DNA of 64,000 nt from Sphingobacteriales bacterium (GTDB lineage Bacteria > Bacteroidota > Bacteroidia > AKYH767-A > OLB10). Shown here one piece after another: positions 29,187-38,777 of this stretch (position 1 is the first letter of the stretch; every line of letters starts with the position of its first letter). The notes below the pieces were generated by a model that was not told where the DNA came from, did no database searches, and saw only the letters and a program-made list of their open reading frames with translations. The stretch is taken from assembly GCA_021299095.1 (NCBI GenBank), contig JAJTFW010000004.1, forward strand, positions 4,737-68,736, given 5' to 3'. The position numbers and the translations under genes are program-made.

Positions 29187-30061
29187 CCTACCCGAAAACA
29201 CCGCATGCTCACACTTCCATATTGCATGCCCTCGAATAACATGGTGGTGGCTTCGTTTTTATCAGCCAGGCCCAGGCTGTAAATCATCGGAAGGTAATGG
29301 TCGTTGGTTGGCACAGCCAATTGTGCAAGTGTACCGAAGGTCTGGTAGTTAACCAGTGGGAGGTAGTCCTTGTTCAAGATGTGTGTTTTTACAATCGAAT
29401 CAAATTCAAGGGCCCAATCGAATGGCTTGGCGTTTATATCGGACCAGTCGAGGTTGCCGAGATTGTGAACGATGTTTCCGCTACCAATGATCAGCACACC
29501 ACGGTTTCTGAGCTTTCGGAGTTTTTCTGCCAAGTCGAAATGGAATGCAGCCCCTTTCGTATAGTCAATGCTAAGCTGGAATACAGGAATGTCTGCCTTG
29601 GGCCAGATGTGCCGCAGTACGGACCAGGCTCCGTGATCGAGTCCCCATTCATGGTCCTCGCGAACATGAACAGCTCCGGCCATGCCAATGACTTCCCGGG
29701 CACGCTCGGGGTGGCCTGGGGTGTCGTATCTGATTTCAAATAGTCGCTGGTCAAACGGGCCGAAGTCGTGGATGGTGTGTTGTTTTGGCGCAACCGAAAC
29801 AAAAGTCCCCTTGGTTTGCCAATGTGCCGATACGACCATGATCGCTTCAGGCCTTGGAAGGTGATTAGCTAGTGTTGACAGGGACTGTGTGAAGGTGTTG
29901 TCGAAAAGTGCATTCATGGGGTGGCCATGTCCGATGAATAGGACGGGCATTCGCTCGCTTGGGGACAAGCCTTCTGTCAATTGCTCGATCCGCTTGAGTT
30001 GGATTGCTCCAGCGGCCAGAGGAGCTGCCGCCATCAGGTTGATAAATGAACGACGTTCCAA
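29183..30061 (-). CDS. class III extradiol dioxygenase, 4,5-DOPA dioxygenase (YgiD/LigB-like), with Tat signal
   Basis: It has a LigB-type core (LFIGHGHPMN, VVSAHW, IIGSGNIVHN). The N-terminus MERRSFINLMAAAPLAAGA carries a twin-arginine motif. Confidence 0.8.
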   Translation of the reverse strand: MERRSFINLMAAAPLAAGAIQLKRIEQLTEGLSPSERMPVLFIGHGHPMNALFDNTFTQSLSTLANHLPRPEAIMVVSAHWQTKGTFVSVAPKQHTIHDFGPFDQRLFEIRYDTPGHPERAREVIGMAGAVHVREDHEWGLDHGAWSVLRHIWPKADIPVFQLSIDYTKGAAFHFDLAEKLRKLRNRGVLIIGSGNIVHNLGNLDWSDINAKPFDWALEFDSIVKTHILNKDYLPLVNYQTFGTLAQLAVPTNDHYLPMIYSLGLADKNEATTMLFEGMQYGSVSMRCFRVG

Positions 30062-30110
30062 AGCAACAGTTGGGTTTTAAAAAATTCCTGTAATGCTTTC
30101 TTCAGGGTTT

Positions 30111-30527
30111 TCAGTAGCTTTTTCTACGCATCAGTTTCGACGCCAATATGGCCATGGGGAAGTATGCGAGTGTAAGGTCGGTGATGTTGAACCACATCGG
30201 AGCGGGGAGTTCGTAAGCCATATAAGCTCCCGCACAGAAAAATAAAAAAGCAATAGGTAAGGTCATACGAAGCGGATGTCCGCGCCCAATCCGTGCTGCC
30301 AACAAGGCACCGATAAATGTTCCAATAGCATGAGCCAAAAGCGGACCGATGAAGTCTTTGAATGAGAGCAGGTACATGGTTGATGCCATTTCACTGATTC
30401 CCTTTGAACTGTAGCCGGCGGGTGGTGGGAAATACAATTGCCAAACTTCAAGGATACCCGAATTGACGAATCCGCCGGTAATCATTCCAGCAAGTACTGC
30501 AAGGAAGTTTCTGAGCTTGGTAGGCAT
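30111..30527 (-). CDS. hypothetical small membrane protein (4 TM)
   Basis: It is a 138-aa hydrophobic ORF. I do not recognise a family. Confidence 0.45.
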   Translation of the reverse strand: MPTKLRNFLAVLAGMITGGFVNSGILEVWQLYFPPPAGYSSKGISEMASTMYLLSFKDFIGPLLAHAIGTFIGALLAARIGRGHPLRMTLPIAFLFFCAGAYMAYELPAPMWFNITDLTLAYFPMAILASKLMRRKSY

Positions 30528-30539
30528 AGTTAGAGGCGA

Positions 30540-32375
30540 TTAGGGTCTTTGTGTTGGTGCCTGAAGTGATTTGTCCCGGTAATCGATTAGGTATTGTCTC
30601 ACTTCAGTTAAGGTCGAATCAGCACGCAGGGCTCTTTCCCAACAGGTAATGGCGCTATCACGCTTCCCGTCCAGAAAATACACCTTCGCCAAAAGGCTAA
30701 GTGTTGTAGGGTCTTGCGGTTTGTAGCGCAATGCCGATTCCAGTATTGCGCTCAGCTCTTTCAAATTGCCTTGGGTGTAACGCTGGTTGTATTCTTGCAT
30801 CAAGCCCATGAACTTGGCATCCGAAATTAAACGATCGTTTATCGCGTTGAACCTACTTGTCGGGTTCAACGCGCGGAATCTGCTCCAAGCCCATTCGGCA
30901 CTGTCCAATTGCCCCAGGCTGTAATGCGAGAATCCCCATTCCCTGTACATCAGTTTGTAGCCCGGATAAATCGAATATGCGGCTCGAAAATGCTGAATAC
31001 AAGTGCGGAAACTTGCAGCTCGTTGGGTGCTGTCTTTTATATCTTCCGCTACTGCTGCCAGTGCCATGGCGTGGAAGGCTTGTGTGCGAAAGCTATCAGG
31101 TGCCTTTTTGACATCAGCTGCATACAAAGTGTTATTGTCTTTCCATTCCTTATTTCTGTTAACCGTGATACTCCAGCAAGGAATTGCAGAAACCAGTAAA
31201 AGGCCAGGCAAGATGATTTCCACCTTTTTAGGTAAAACATTTCCTATGCCAATAAGGATTGCGCCCAGCAGAAACAGGCCGGGACTGAACAGGAAACGCT
31301 CGGCGAGTATGGGGCCGACGTTGATGAACAGGTTGGAAAGCAGGACAATTCCACCAAGGTATGCGAGGACGAAGATGCCCATCCAGCGTTTCTTCATCGT
31401 TAGCCAAACACCAAGTAGCAGTAAGCTCAGGTGTAGGATGAGGGATAAGATCACACTTGTATCTGTTAGGCTCTTGTATGGTATATGATTGTAGCTGTAG
31501 TCAAAAATCAAGGGTGCAGGCCATACCATTAGCCGGAGGTATTCCAAGAGAACAAAAAGAATTGTAGCGATTTTTTGACCGGCAGTAGCCATCAGATAGG
31601 GGTCGGTTGTCAATAATGCAGACGATTCCGGTACGCTGCTAATCGAGATGCGAACAGCCACGAATCCGATACCCGCAAGCGCAAAGGGAATCGCTTTCTT
31701 CAAGGACGCAAGCAGTGACATCCCCCGCACAAAAAGAAAAAGTGGTATAAGCACCACCGTGGTAATGGCGCTCTCTTTGGCGAATAAGGCTAGGATAAAC
31801 CAGCTCAGTGCCGGAAGTAAACTACGTAATTTACCTTCTGGATTGATCTTGCCAATCTGCTCGAGGCAAAGTACAGTGAATAGAAGGGCAAGCAATTCAT
31901 CACAGCTCTTGATGTTTGCTACAACTTCGGTGTGTACAGGTAAAATCAGGAAAAACAAAGCTCCTGCCAGGGCGACACCAGGCTTGTCTGGAAAAAGAAC
32001 GGATTTGAAAAAACAGAATATACGCCAACAACAACACGCATAAAGGAGTATGCTCAAACCATGGAACACCTGCCATTGAGGACCTGTGAACTCATAAGTC
32101 AGTGCGAATAACAACAGGGATAGTGGCCGGTAGCGCCAACTCAGTTGGGTGGCCGGCTTCATGGTGCTTCCGTAAAAACTATCGTGGCTCAGAATATCCC
32201 ACCAGCCACCAATCCCGTCTTTTACGTACGTGTTTTCACTCAGTACCATCACGTCATCAAGGGCAACACCATTCTGCAAGATGTTGAAGTAAAACATCAC
32301 AGATACGATCAGGCACAAAGGGAAAACGAATCGTGCGGGAATGTTCATGAGCTGACGATTAAAAGTCCGTGTCAA
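30540..32375 (-). CDS. TMTC-like GT-C membrane protein with C-terminal TPR repeats
   Basis: An N-terminal loop carries a DD motif (VALDDVMVL). YRPLSLLLFAL and HTEVVANIKSCDELL motifs match the DUF1736/TMTC type. There are about 11 TM helices followed by TPR repeats. Confidence 0.65.
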   Translation of the reverse strand: MTRTFNRQLMNIPARFVFPLCLIVSVMFYFNILQNGVALDDVMVLSENTYVKDGIGGWWDILSHDSFYGSTMKPATQLSWRYRPLSLLLFALTYEFTGPQWQVFHGLSILLYACCCWRIFCFFKSVLFPDKPGVALAGALFFLILPVHTEVVANIKSCDELLALLFTVLCLEQIGKINPEGKLRSLLPALSWFILALFAKESAITTVVLIPLFLFVRGMSLLASLKKAIPFALAGIGFVAVRISISSVPESSALLTTDPYLMATAGQKIATILFVLLEYLRLMVWPAPLIFDYSYNHIPYKSLTDTSVILSLILHLSLLLLGVWLTMKKRWMGIFVLAYLGGIVLLSNLFINVGPILAERFLFSPGLFLLGAILIGIGNVLPKKVEIILPGLLLVSAIPCWSITVNRNKEWKDNNTLYAADVKKAPDSFRTQAFHAMALAAVAEDIKDSTQRAASFRTCIQHFRAAYSIYPGYKLMYREWGFSHYSLGQLDSAEWAWSRFRALNPTSRFNAINDRLISDAKFMGLMQEYNQRYTQGNLKELSAILESALRYKPQDPTTLSLLAKVYFLDGKRDSAITCWERALRADSTLTEVRQYLIDYRDKSLQAPTQRP

Positions 32376-32405
32376 AGGTATTTAGCATGCGGTAGGTCAT
32401 GCTGT

Positions 32406-33044
32406 TCATTCCAGCATAGCACCTTCAATTCTGAACCGCGGAGCCGTTTTGTCAGGTAGGAAGGAATAGATAATTGACCGAGTGGTATCAACCGCAGCAC
32501 TATTTGTGTCGTCAATACCGTACAACGGGAAGTTTCGGATCAACTTTCGTCCGTTCAGTGCAAAGCGATCGTGTCCCATATAGCCGGCAGAGAGGATAGA
32601 GTCTTCGCTAAGTTCAGGCAACAGGATTGGCACCAAGCCTTGATTGGGCTTCAGCGTGAAGCCCACCACAGATCCATAACTACCACTGCCTGCCGATTGT
32701 GTAATGATCAGTATTTCGGGACTTCCATCGCCATCGAGGTCAGCCGTTTCCATGTTCACAACGGGGTCGCCTTCCCATTGGGTAAGCACGGTATCTCCTG
32801 TTGCACTCACAGTAAGTTCGCAGGCCTGCAGGGAACCATCTCCATGCACCAGCAGATCGATGTTGAACATGCCGAATTGTTGTTTCAGGGAGCGATGGCT
32901 TGTGTTTTCATTCGGCCCAGTGTCTGGGTTGTTTGCCCTGTTTGAGCACGAGGGCGCAAGGCAAACCCATGCGATTAGGATACAAGACTTGTTGCAAACC
33001 TGCTTTAAAAGCCTGAAGAAACTAGAAGATGGATTGAAATTCAT
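32406..33044 (-). CDS. hypothetical lipoprotein with FG-GAP-like DxDGDG motif
   Basis: ATG 33044 gives a signal/lipobox-like segment (ILIAWVCLAPSC). It contains a DLDGDGSPEILI motif. The longer ORF to 33425 overlaps holB on the opposite strand. Confidence 0.45.
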   Translation of the reverse strand: MNFNPSSSFFRLLKQVCNKSCILIAWVCLAPSCSNRANNPDTGPNENTSHRSLKQQFGMFNIDLLVHGDGSLQACELTVSATGDTVLTQWEGDPVVNMETADLDGDGSPEILIITQSAGSGSYGSVVGFTLKPNQGLVPILLPELSEDSILSAGYMGHDRFALNGRKLIRNFPLYGIDDTNSAAVDTTRSIIYSFLPDKTAPRFRIEGAMLE

Positions 33045-33152
33045 ATGTCTGGTCAAACGATGTGGATGCCGGCCAAATCCCATCAAATGTATTCTGAAAA
33101 GATCAATTCGACCTTGCGGCTTAAACCACAGGGCTGCGACTATCTTTGTCAA

Positions 33153-34292
33153 ATGCAATTTCGCTCCGTTGTAGGACAGGAAGATGTTAAAAACCGCTTG
33201 CTTCAAAGTAGTAGTGAGGGGCGCGTCAGTCATGCATTGTTGTTTTTTGGTCCCCCCGGATCGGGTGTACTGCCCATGTCTATCGCCTTTGCGCAATACC
33301 TGAATTGCGAGCAGCCAGGTGAGCATGACAGTTGTGGACAGTGCGGCGCTTGTAGGCGAGCATCGAAACTGGAGCATCCTGATATCCATTTCGTGTACCC
33401 GGTTGTAACAGGTATTGTCAAACATCCAAGGAGCATTGATTTTGTTGCTGATTGGCGAAAGGCGGTCATCGACAATCCGTACATGAGCCTGAACGATTGG
33501 ATCGACTCCCTGACCGGCGGTGATGCGAAGTCAAGGCAGGGGAATATTCCTGTTGAGGAGGCTCAGGACATCATCCATAAACTCAACCTGAAGGCATTCG
33601 AGGGGCGCTTCAAGGTGTTTATCGTGTGGATGCCCGAAAAAATGGGCCCCGCCACTGCAAACAAGCTACTGAAGAGTTTGGAGGAACCACCTGCCGATAC
33701 GGTTTTTATTCTGGCTTCAGAAGCGCGCGATCAGTTGATGGCCACCATTCTCAGTCGGACCCAGCTGGTGAAATTGAATAGGTTGTCTGAGTCCGAAATT
33801 GCCGGAGCATTGATGGATCATCAGGGAATTGCACAGGCTGAGGCTTTTGAACTGGCCCGGCTAAGCGATGGAAATTACAACCAGGCTGCTGCGTTGGCGG
33901 AAAGTGAACGCGGCGGCGGCTCCTATGAAGACGCTTTTCTCGACTGGATGAGGCTTTGCTTCAATCCGTTGAAATCAACAGAAAAACTGCTGGCCTGGGT
34001 GGATGGAGTCGCCTCCGGATCACGCGAGCAGCAAAAACAATTTTTATCGGCGTGCATTAACCTGGTCAGGGAATGCCTGCTTGTCAATTTGGCGGATGGA
34101 CCATTGGTTCGTCTGAATCCGGCTCAGCGCGTTTCTGTCCAAAAGTTTTTACCCTTTGTGAGCTTGCAGAATGCCGAACCCTTCATTTCAACACTCAGCG
34201 AGGGAATATTTCACCTCGAACGCAATGCACATGCTAAGATCCTTTTCTTAGATTTGTCCATGAAGATCAGTGCGGTTTTGCAGCGCAAGTGA
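33153..34292 (+). CDS. holB: DNA polymerase III delta' subunit
   Basis: The start was set at the conserved MQFRSVVGQEDVK N-terminus. It has an FFGPPGSG P-loop, a Cys-rich zinc module (CGQCGACRR) and an ILSRTQ sensor motif. Confidence 0.8.
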   Translation: MQFRSVVGQEDVKNRLLQSSSEGRVSHALLFFGPPGSGVLPMSIAFAQYLNCEQPGEHDSCGQCGACRRASKLEHPDIHFVYPVVTGIVKHPRSIDFVADWRKAVIDNPYMSLNDWIDSLTGGDAKSRQGNIPVEEAQDIIHKLNLKAFEGRFKVFIVWMPEKMGPATANKLLKSLEEPPADTVFILASEARDQLMATILSRTQLVKLNRLSESEIAGALMDHQGIAQAEAFELARLSDGNYNQAAALAESERGGGSYEDAFLDWMRLCFNPLKSTEKLLAWVDGVASGSREQQKQFLSACINLVRECLLVNLADGPLVRLNPAQRVSVQKFLPFVSLQNAEPFISTLSEGIFHLERNAHAKILFLDLSMKISAVLQRK

Positions 34293-34362
34293 GTTGCTTT
34301 TCTGCCAGCTCTTCGTCATATCTAATTCATTAACAGGCAATTGAAACCAAGAGCAGGAAATT

Positions 34363-35955
34363 ATGGGATGTAGTTCGTGTTCAACTGCCACCGACTCGGG
34401 AACTCCGGCTGGTTGCCGTAACAACGGCACTTGCGGTACCGGTGGCTGCAATAAGCTGAATGTTTACAATTGGTTGTCGGACATGCACTTACCCGCGGGT
34501 CAGAAGGCATACGACATTGTTGAGGTGCGCTTCAAGGGCAGCAGAAAGGAATATTTCCGTAACGTGAATGCTCTCGATGTGCATGTCGGTGAGCTTGTTG
34601 CTGTAGAAGGGAATCCTGGTCACGACATCGGAGAAGTGAGCATGGTCGGCGAACTTGTGCGTTTTCAAATCAGGAAACGTGGAATGAAAGAAGACAGCGC
34701 GGAAATCAAACAGCTTTACAGGGCTGCGCGTGATACCGATATTGAAAAATACAACGAGATGAAGGGCCTTGAAGCGGATACCATGCACGGTTCCCGCAAG
34801 GCAGCTCTCACGCTTGGTCTGAAAATGAAGATCAGTGATGTAGAATACCAAGGAGATGGCAAGAAGGCCACGTTTTACTACACAGCTGAGGATCGTGTCG
34901 ATTTTCGCGAACTGATTAAGCGCCTTGCCGATCAGTTCAAGGTCCGTGTTGAAATGCGACAGATCGGTATGCGACAGGAAGCGGCCCGATTGGGAGGGAT
35001 TGGTAGTTGCGGCCGAGAGTTGTGTTGTTCTACCTGGCTGACCGATTTTAAGGTGGTGAGCACAAGTGCAGCACGTTACCAGAACCTGAGCCTCAACCCG
35101 ATCAAACTCGCCGGACAATGCGGCAAGCTCAAGTGCTGCCTCAACTTCGAGCTTGATTCGTACATGGATGCCATTCGCGACATCCCTGAATCGAACATCA
35201 AGCTTCAAACGGCAAAAGGGCTGATGGTCCACCGTAAAACCGATATTTTCAAACGCATCATGTGGTATGCCTTACTTCCGGACGTGAAACCCGGCGAGGA
35301 CAGGCCGTTTGTCGGTGCCGAACAGTGGATACCGATGAGTGTTGACCGTGTCAAGGAAATTATCGTGATGAACAAGGCAGGTCAAAAACCTGAAGATGCT
35401 GGGGCGCTTGAGCTCGAGGATGATGCTGAGGAGTTGGGTTATGACGATGTGGTCGGACAGGATAGTCTGACCCGTATGGATCGTAAGAAGAAAAAGAAGA
35501 AGAAGAAAAAGTCGGGAGAGAAGCACCAAGCGGCTGATGGTGTTTCTGCGCAACCCGCCTTAACTCAGGCTAGGCCTGCCGACTCCAAAACGGAAAAGCC
35601 TGCTCAGGTTCAGCAACAGCGGAATAAAGGCCGTGAACTCCAGCGCGGTGATCGAGGTCCAGGCAATAAACCAGCACAACAGCAGCAGCCGCGTCCGAAC
35701 CGAGATAATCAAGCCAGGCAGCAAGGCGGAGCCCATCCTCCTGCACCCAAGCAAAACCAGCCTTCAAGTTCCCCACGGCCCCAACAAAATCAACCTGGAC
35801 AGGGAGGACAACGCCCCCCTCGGCAGCAGCCGGGCAATCAAGGGGTCGACAAGCCTCCAACAGCGCAGCAGGATGCTCAGGCTCCTTCTGCCTCTGGAAA
35901 TCGTCCTCCCCGCCGCACTCCGGGTGATTCTAGTGCACAAGCACCAACCAGCTAA
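34363..35955 (+). CDS. PSP1 domain protein (YaaT/RicT-like) with long disordered K-, Q- and P-rich tail
   Basis: It has a Cys/Gly-rich N-terminus (GCSSCS...GTCGTGGCNKLNVYNWL) and a PSP1 core with CCSTWL and GKLKCCLNFE motifs. A K9 run follows, then about 147 aa of Q/P/G/N-rich low-complexity sequence. Confidence 0.85.
   Translation: MGCSSCSTATDSGTPAGCRNNGTCGTGGCNKLNVYNWLSDMHLPAGQKAYDIVEVRFKGSRKEYFRNVNALDVHVGELVAVEGNPGHDIGEVSMVGELVRFQIRKRGMKEDSAEIKQLYRAARDTDIEKYNEMKGLEADTMHGSRKAALTLGLKMKISDVEYQGDGKKATFYYTAEDRVDFRELIKRLADQFKVRVEMRQIGMRQEAARLGGIGSCGRELCCSTWLTDFKVVSTSAARYQNLSLNPIKLAGQCGKLKCCLNFELDSYMDAIRDIPESNIKLQTAKGLMVHRKTDIFKRIMWYALLPDVKPGEDRPFVGAEQWIPMSVDRVKEIIVMNKAGQKPEDAGALELEDDAEELGYDDVVGQDSLTRMDRKKKKKKKKKSGEKHQAADGVSAQPALTQARPADSKTEKPAQVQQQRNKGRELQRGDRGPGNKPAQQQQPRPNRDNQARQQGGAHPPAPKQNQPSSSPRPQQNQPGQGGQRPPRQQPGNQGVDKPPTAQQDAQAPSASGNRPPRRTPGDSSAQAPTS
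35485..35511 (+). repeat. 27-nt homopurine (AAG/AAA)9 tract encoding Lys9
   Basis: AAGAAGAAAAAGAAGAAGAAGAAAAAG was read directly from the sequence, inside the PSP1 gene. Confidence 0.9.
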
Positions 35956-36428
35956 TGCAGGGATTCATCCGATTGTCTGTCGCCTTACTCTGGTTAACAG
36001 CCTTTATCGCCTGCGATCGTTCGGCTGTTTTCGATGAGTATCAGGAAATACCTGGCAATGCATGGCAAGCGGACAAACCATTGGTATTTACAGCACAGAT
36101 ACCCGATACTATCACCGGGCACAACGTTTACATCAATCTTCGCAACGCAAGTCATTACCCATTCAGCAATATTTTCCTGTTTCTGAATACACGATTTCCG
36201 GATGGGCAGATTGATCGCGATACCCTTGAAATCATGCTCGCGAGCCCAGAAGGACAATGGCTTGGGGATGGATTAGGTGATATTTGGGACAATCGTGTTT
36301 TATTCAAGCGCAATGTGAGTTTCCCTCAGAAAGGGGAGTACCGTTTTGAAATCAGCCAAGGCATGAGACTTGACCCACTTCCTGGTATAATGGATGCTGG
36401 TATCCGCATTGAGTACGCCACCGAATAG
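35955..36428 (+). CDS. gldH: gliding motility lipoprotein GldH
   Basis: It is a 157-aa lipoprotein (LWLTAFIAC). Its size and motifs (NAW...F, YPFSNIFLF, GDIWD) match the GldH family. The ATG overlaps the PSP1 stop (TAATG). Confidence 0.75.
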   Translation: MQGFIRLSVALLWLTAFIACDRSAVFDEYQEIPGNAWQADKPLVFTAQIPDTITGHNVYINLRNASHYPFSNIFLFLNTRFPDGQIDRDTLEIMLASPEGQWLGDGLGDIWDNRVLFKRNVSFPQKGEYRFEISQGMRLDPLPGIMDAGIRIEYATE

Positions 36429-36563
36429 ACTGTTTATCTGATCATGCAATTTGGCATTCTGACACTCAACTGACACGCTATTCACACCGTGTTCACCTAA
36501 GATGCTTGTTCTTTGCACTAGCTTTTAGGTTCTCTTTGCAAGTAAATCCATTACAAACTGAAC

Positions 36564-38774
36564 ATGCCTAGTCACTACGGTGCAATAGCCCGTCGATTTT
36601 CTTCTGCTTTGGGTCGTCAGATACCGCTGGATGAGGAGTTTAAATCCTCTAAAATTGTTCAGGAGGATCTTAGTAGCCTAGATGCTATTTTCACCGGACT
36701 TGTAGAGTGGGGAGGACGGCACGATGCGGTCTTTTTGATGGATACGGTCAGTGAAGACCGATTTCAGGAGCTTGTGGAGCAAGCTGGATTCCCGTTTCTG
36801 GCTATGCTTCGTAGCAAAGATCAGCCACCGACTCCGGTATTGATAACCAAGTCGGGCACCGGGCTACAGCTGGATGTGTTCGCTGAATCGGAGACTGTTA
36901 CGCGCACTGTTCGTTCTTTTCGTGATTCTTCGCTCGAACCTGAACTCATGCGGGAAGCGGACGGGGAAGAGCGGATTCGAATCATCACATGCTTTCCCGT
37001 GAACGACATCGGTAGTCGTGAGGAATCCTATCCGCAAGGTGGACATCGCCCTTACCGGGCCATGCGCCGTTTCTTTGGAATCCTGAAGCCAGAGCGTCGT
37101 GAAATTGGCATCATCCTGATGTATGCCATCATGACGGGGTTGATCGGATTAAGTCTTCCACTAGGTGTGCAAAGTCTGATCGGATTTGTATCCAGCGGTC
37201 AAGTCATGACATCTGTTATTGTCTTGATTGTCTTCATCCTAATTGGAGTTCTTGTTTCTGGAATAATGACCATCATGCAATTGCATCTGGTCGAATACAT
37301 TCATCAGCGTCTTTTCGCAAAAACCGCTTTTGCCTTTGCATTCCGGATTCCACGCATTCGGATCGAATCCGTCATGAAGGTGTATCCCCCCGAGCTCATG
37401 AATCGGTTTTTCGACACGCTTTCACTGATGAAAGGCCTTTCGGTCATTTTGATTGATTTTTCGGGGGCGATACTCCAAACGGTCTTCGGAATCATTCTGC
37501 TTTCTGCCTATCATCCCCTCTTCTTGTTGGTGGGTTTGGTGCTGGTGTTGGTCCTTTACGGTATGATACGCTTGACAGGCCCAAGGGGCTTAAGCACTGC
37601 GTTGAAAGAGTCGAGTTTCAAATACAAGACTGCGAACTGGCTGGAGGAGATTGCCCGCTCACTTGGTACATTCAAATTGGCTGGTAAAACCAATTTCGCG
37701 CTCGAGAAAACCGACCATTACGTTAGCCATTACATTCAGTCGCGAGAAGAGCATTTCAAGGTGCTTCGGGTCCAGTATTACACGTTTGTCTTGTTTAAGA
37801 CTTTGGTGACTGCGCTTTTACTTGTCCTGGGTGTTGTATTGATCACAAATCGTGAGATCAATTTGGGTCAGTTTGTCGCGGCTGAAATCGTCATCATTCT
37901 TGTCATCAATTCCATCGAGAAGATCATTTTGAAACTTGATACGGTGTACGATGTATTGGTCAGTGTGGAGAAGATCACCGATGTAACCGAGTTGCCGGTC
38001 GAAACCCATTCCGGAATCAGCCTCCCGGTACAACCGGACAAAGGCATTGCCATCAATTTAAAGGATATTCGTTATCGTTATCCCGATCGTCAGGAGCATG
38101 TTTTAAATGGCGTCGACCTCGATATTCCCTCCGGAGACCGTATTTGCATTTCCGGCTTCAATGGCTCGGGCAAAACCACCTTGTCGCACTTACTCATCGG
38201 GCTTTACGACAACTACAGCGGCAGCATTTCGTACAACGGCATCTCTTTGCGCGACCTCGACAAGTCCTCACTGTTGGATCACTTGGGAGATTATGTGTCT
38301 CATGAGGGGATTTTTGACGGCACACTGCTGGAGAATATCGTTATCGGACGACCGACTTGTACGCCTGAAAACGTGCTGTGGGCGATCGAAGCTGCGGGGT
38401 TGAATGATTTTGTATCCTCTCTGCCCGATGGCCTGAACACACGCATGGTAGGCGGCAATGTTCGGATATCCGAAAGTGCATCGCGTAAAATCATCATCGC
38501 CCGCAACATCGTTGAGCGGCCTCAGTTGCTCGTACTTGATGATTTCCTCCTTGGTGTAGAGCGCAGGGAAAAGAAACGGATTCTGGATTTTCTCCTGCAG
38601 CCGGCTTTTGCCTGGACCGTAGTGCTTGTATCGAATGACCCCCTTATGATGCGCTCTGCAAACCGATTGGTTTTGATGAAAGATGGCCGCGTCCATGAAC
38701 AGGGAACATTCGAATCATTGCATAAGAACAGTAGCAACCTTCGGGAGTTGCTGAACGAAACAACAACAACCTGA
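36564..38774 (+). CDS. ABC half-transporter (N-terminal accessory domain + 6-TM type I exporter domain + degenerate NBD)
   Basis: Walker A GFNGSGKTT and Walker B LLVLDD are present. The signature reads ISESA, the Q-loop reads His, the post-Walker B residue is Phe and the H-loop reads Asn. The N-terminal ~165 aa are soluble. Confidence 0.85.
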   Translation: MPSHYGAIARRFSSALGRQIPLDEEFKSSKIVQEDLSSLDAIFTGLVEWGGRHDAVFLMDTVSEDRFQELVEQAGFPFLAMLRSKDQPPTPVLITKSGTGLQLDVFAESETVTRTVRSFRDSSLEPELMREADGEERIRIITCFPVNDIGSREESYPQGGHRPYRAMRRFFGILKPERREIGIILMYAIMTGLIGLSLPLGVQSLIGFVSSGQVMTSVIVLIVFILIGVLVSGIMTIMQLHLVEYIHQRLFAKTAFAFAFRIPRIRIESVMKVYPPELMNRFFDTLSLMKGLSVILIDFSGAILQTVFGIILLSAYHPLFLLVGLVLVLVLYGMIRLTGPRGLSTALKESSFKYKTANWLEEIARSLGTFKLAGKTNFALEKTDHYVSHYIQSREEHFKVLRVQYYTFVLFKTLVTALLLVLGVVLITNREINLGQFVAAEIVIILVINSIEKIILKLDTVYDVLVSVEKITDVTELPVETHSGISLPVQPDKGIAINLKDIRYRYPDRQEHVLNGVDLDIPSGDRICISGFNGSGKTTLSHLLIGLYDNYSGSISYNGISLRDLDKSSLLDHLGDYVSHEGIFDGTLLENIVIGRPTCTPENVLWAIEAAGLNDFVSSLPDGLNTRMVGGNVRISESASRKIIIARNIVERPQLLVLDDFLLGVERREKKRILDFLLQPAFAWTVVLVSNDPLMMRSANRLVLMKDGRVHEQGTFESLHKNSSNLRELLNETTTT

Positions 38775-38777
38775 TTC

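Noticed and set aside
33045-33425. Long versions of the holB ORF (from 33045) and of the minus-strand lipoprotein ORF (to 33425), which would overlap by about 380 nt.
   Set aside because: The conserved HolB N-terminus begins at ATG 33153. The lipoprotein signal peptide begins at ATG 33044. The extensions are mutually exclusive and look non-protein-like.
34489-35860. Minus-strand ORFs of 247, 93, 64 and 96 aa opposite the PSP1 gene, plus a 134-aa plus-strand ORF (35633..36037) in another frame of its tail.
   Set aside because: They are antisense or alternate-frame to a gene with clear PSP1 motifs. The ORFs in the tail region are generated by the low-complexity CAG/CCN-rich sequence.
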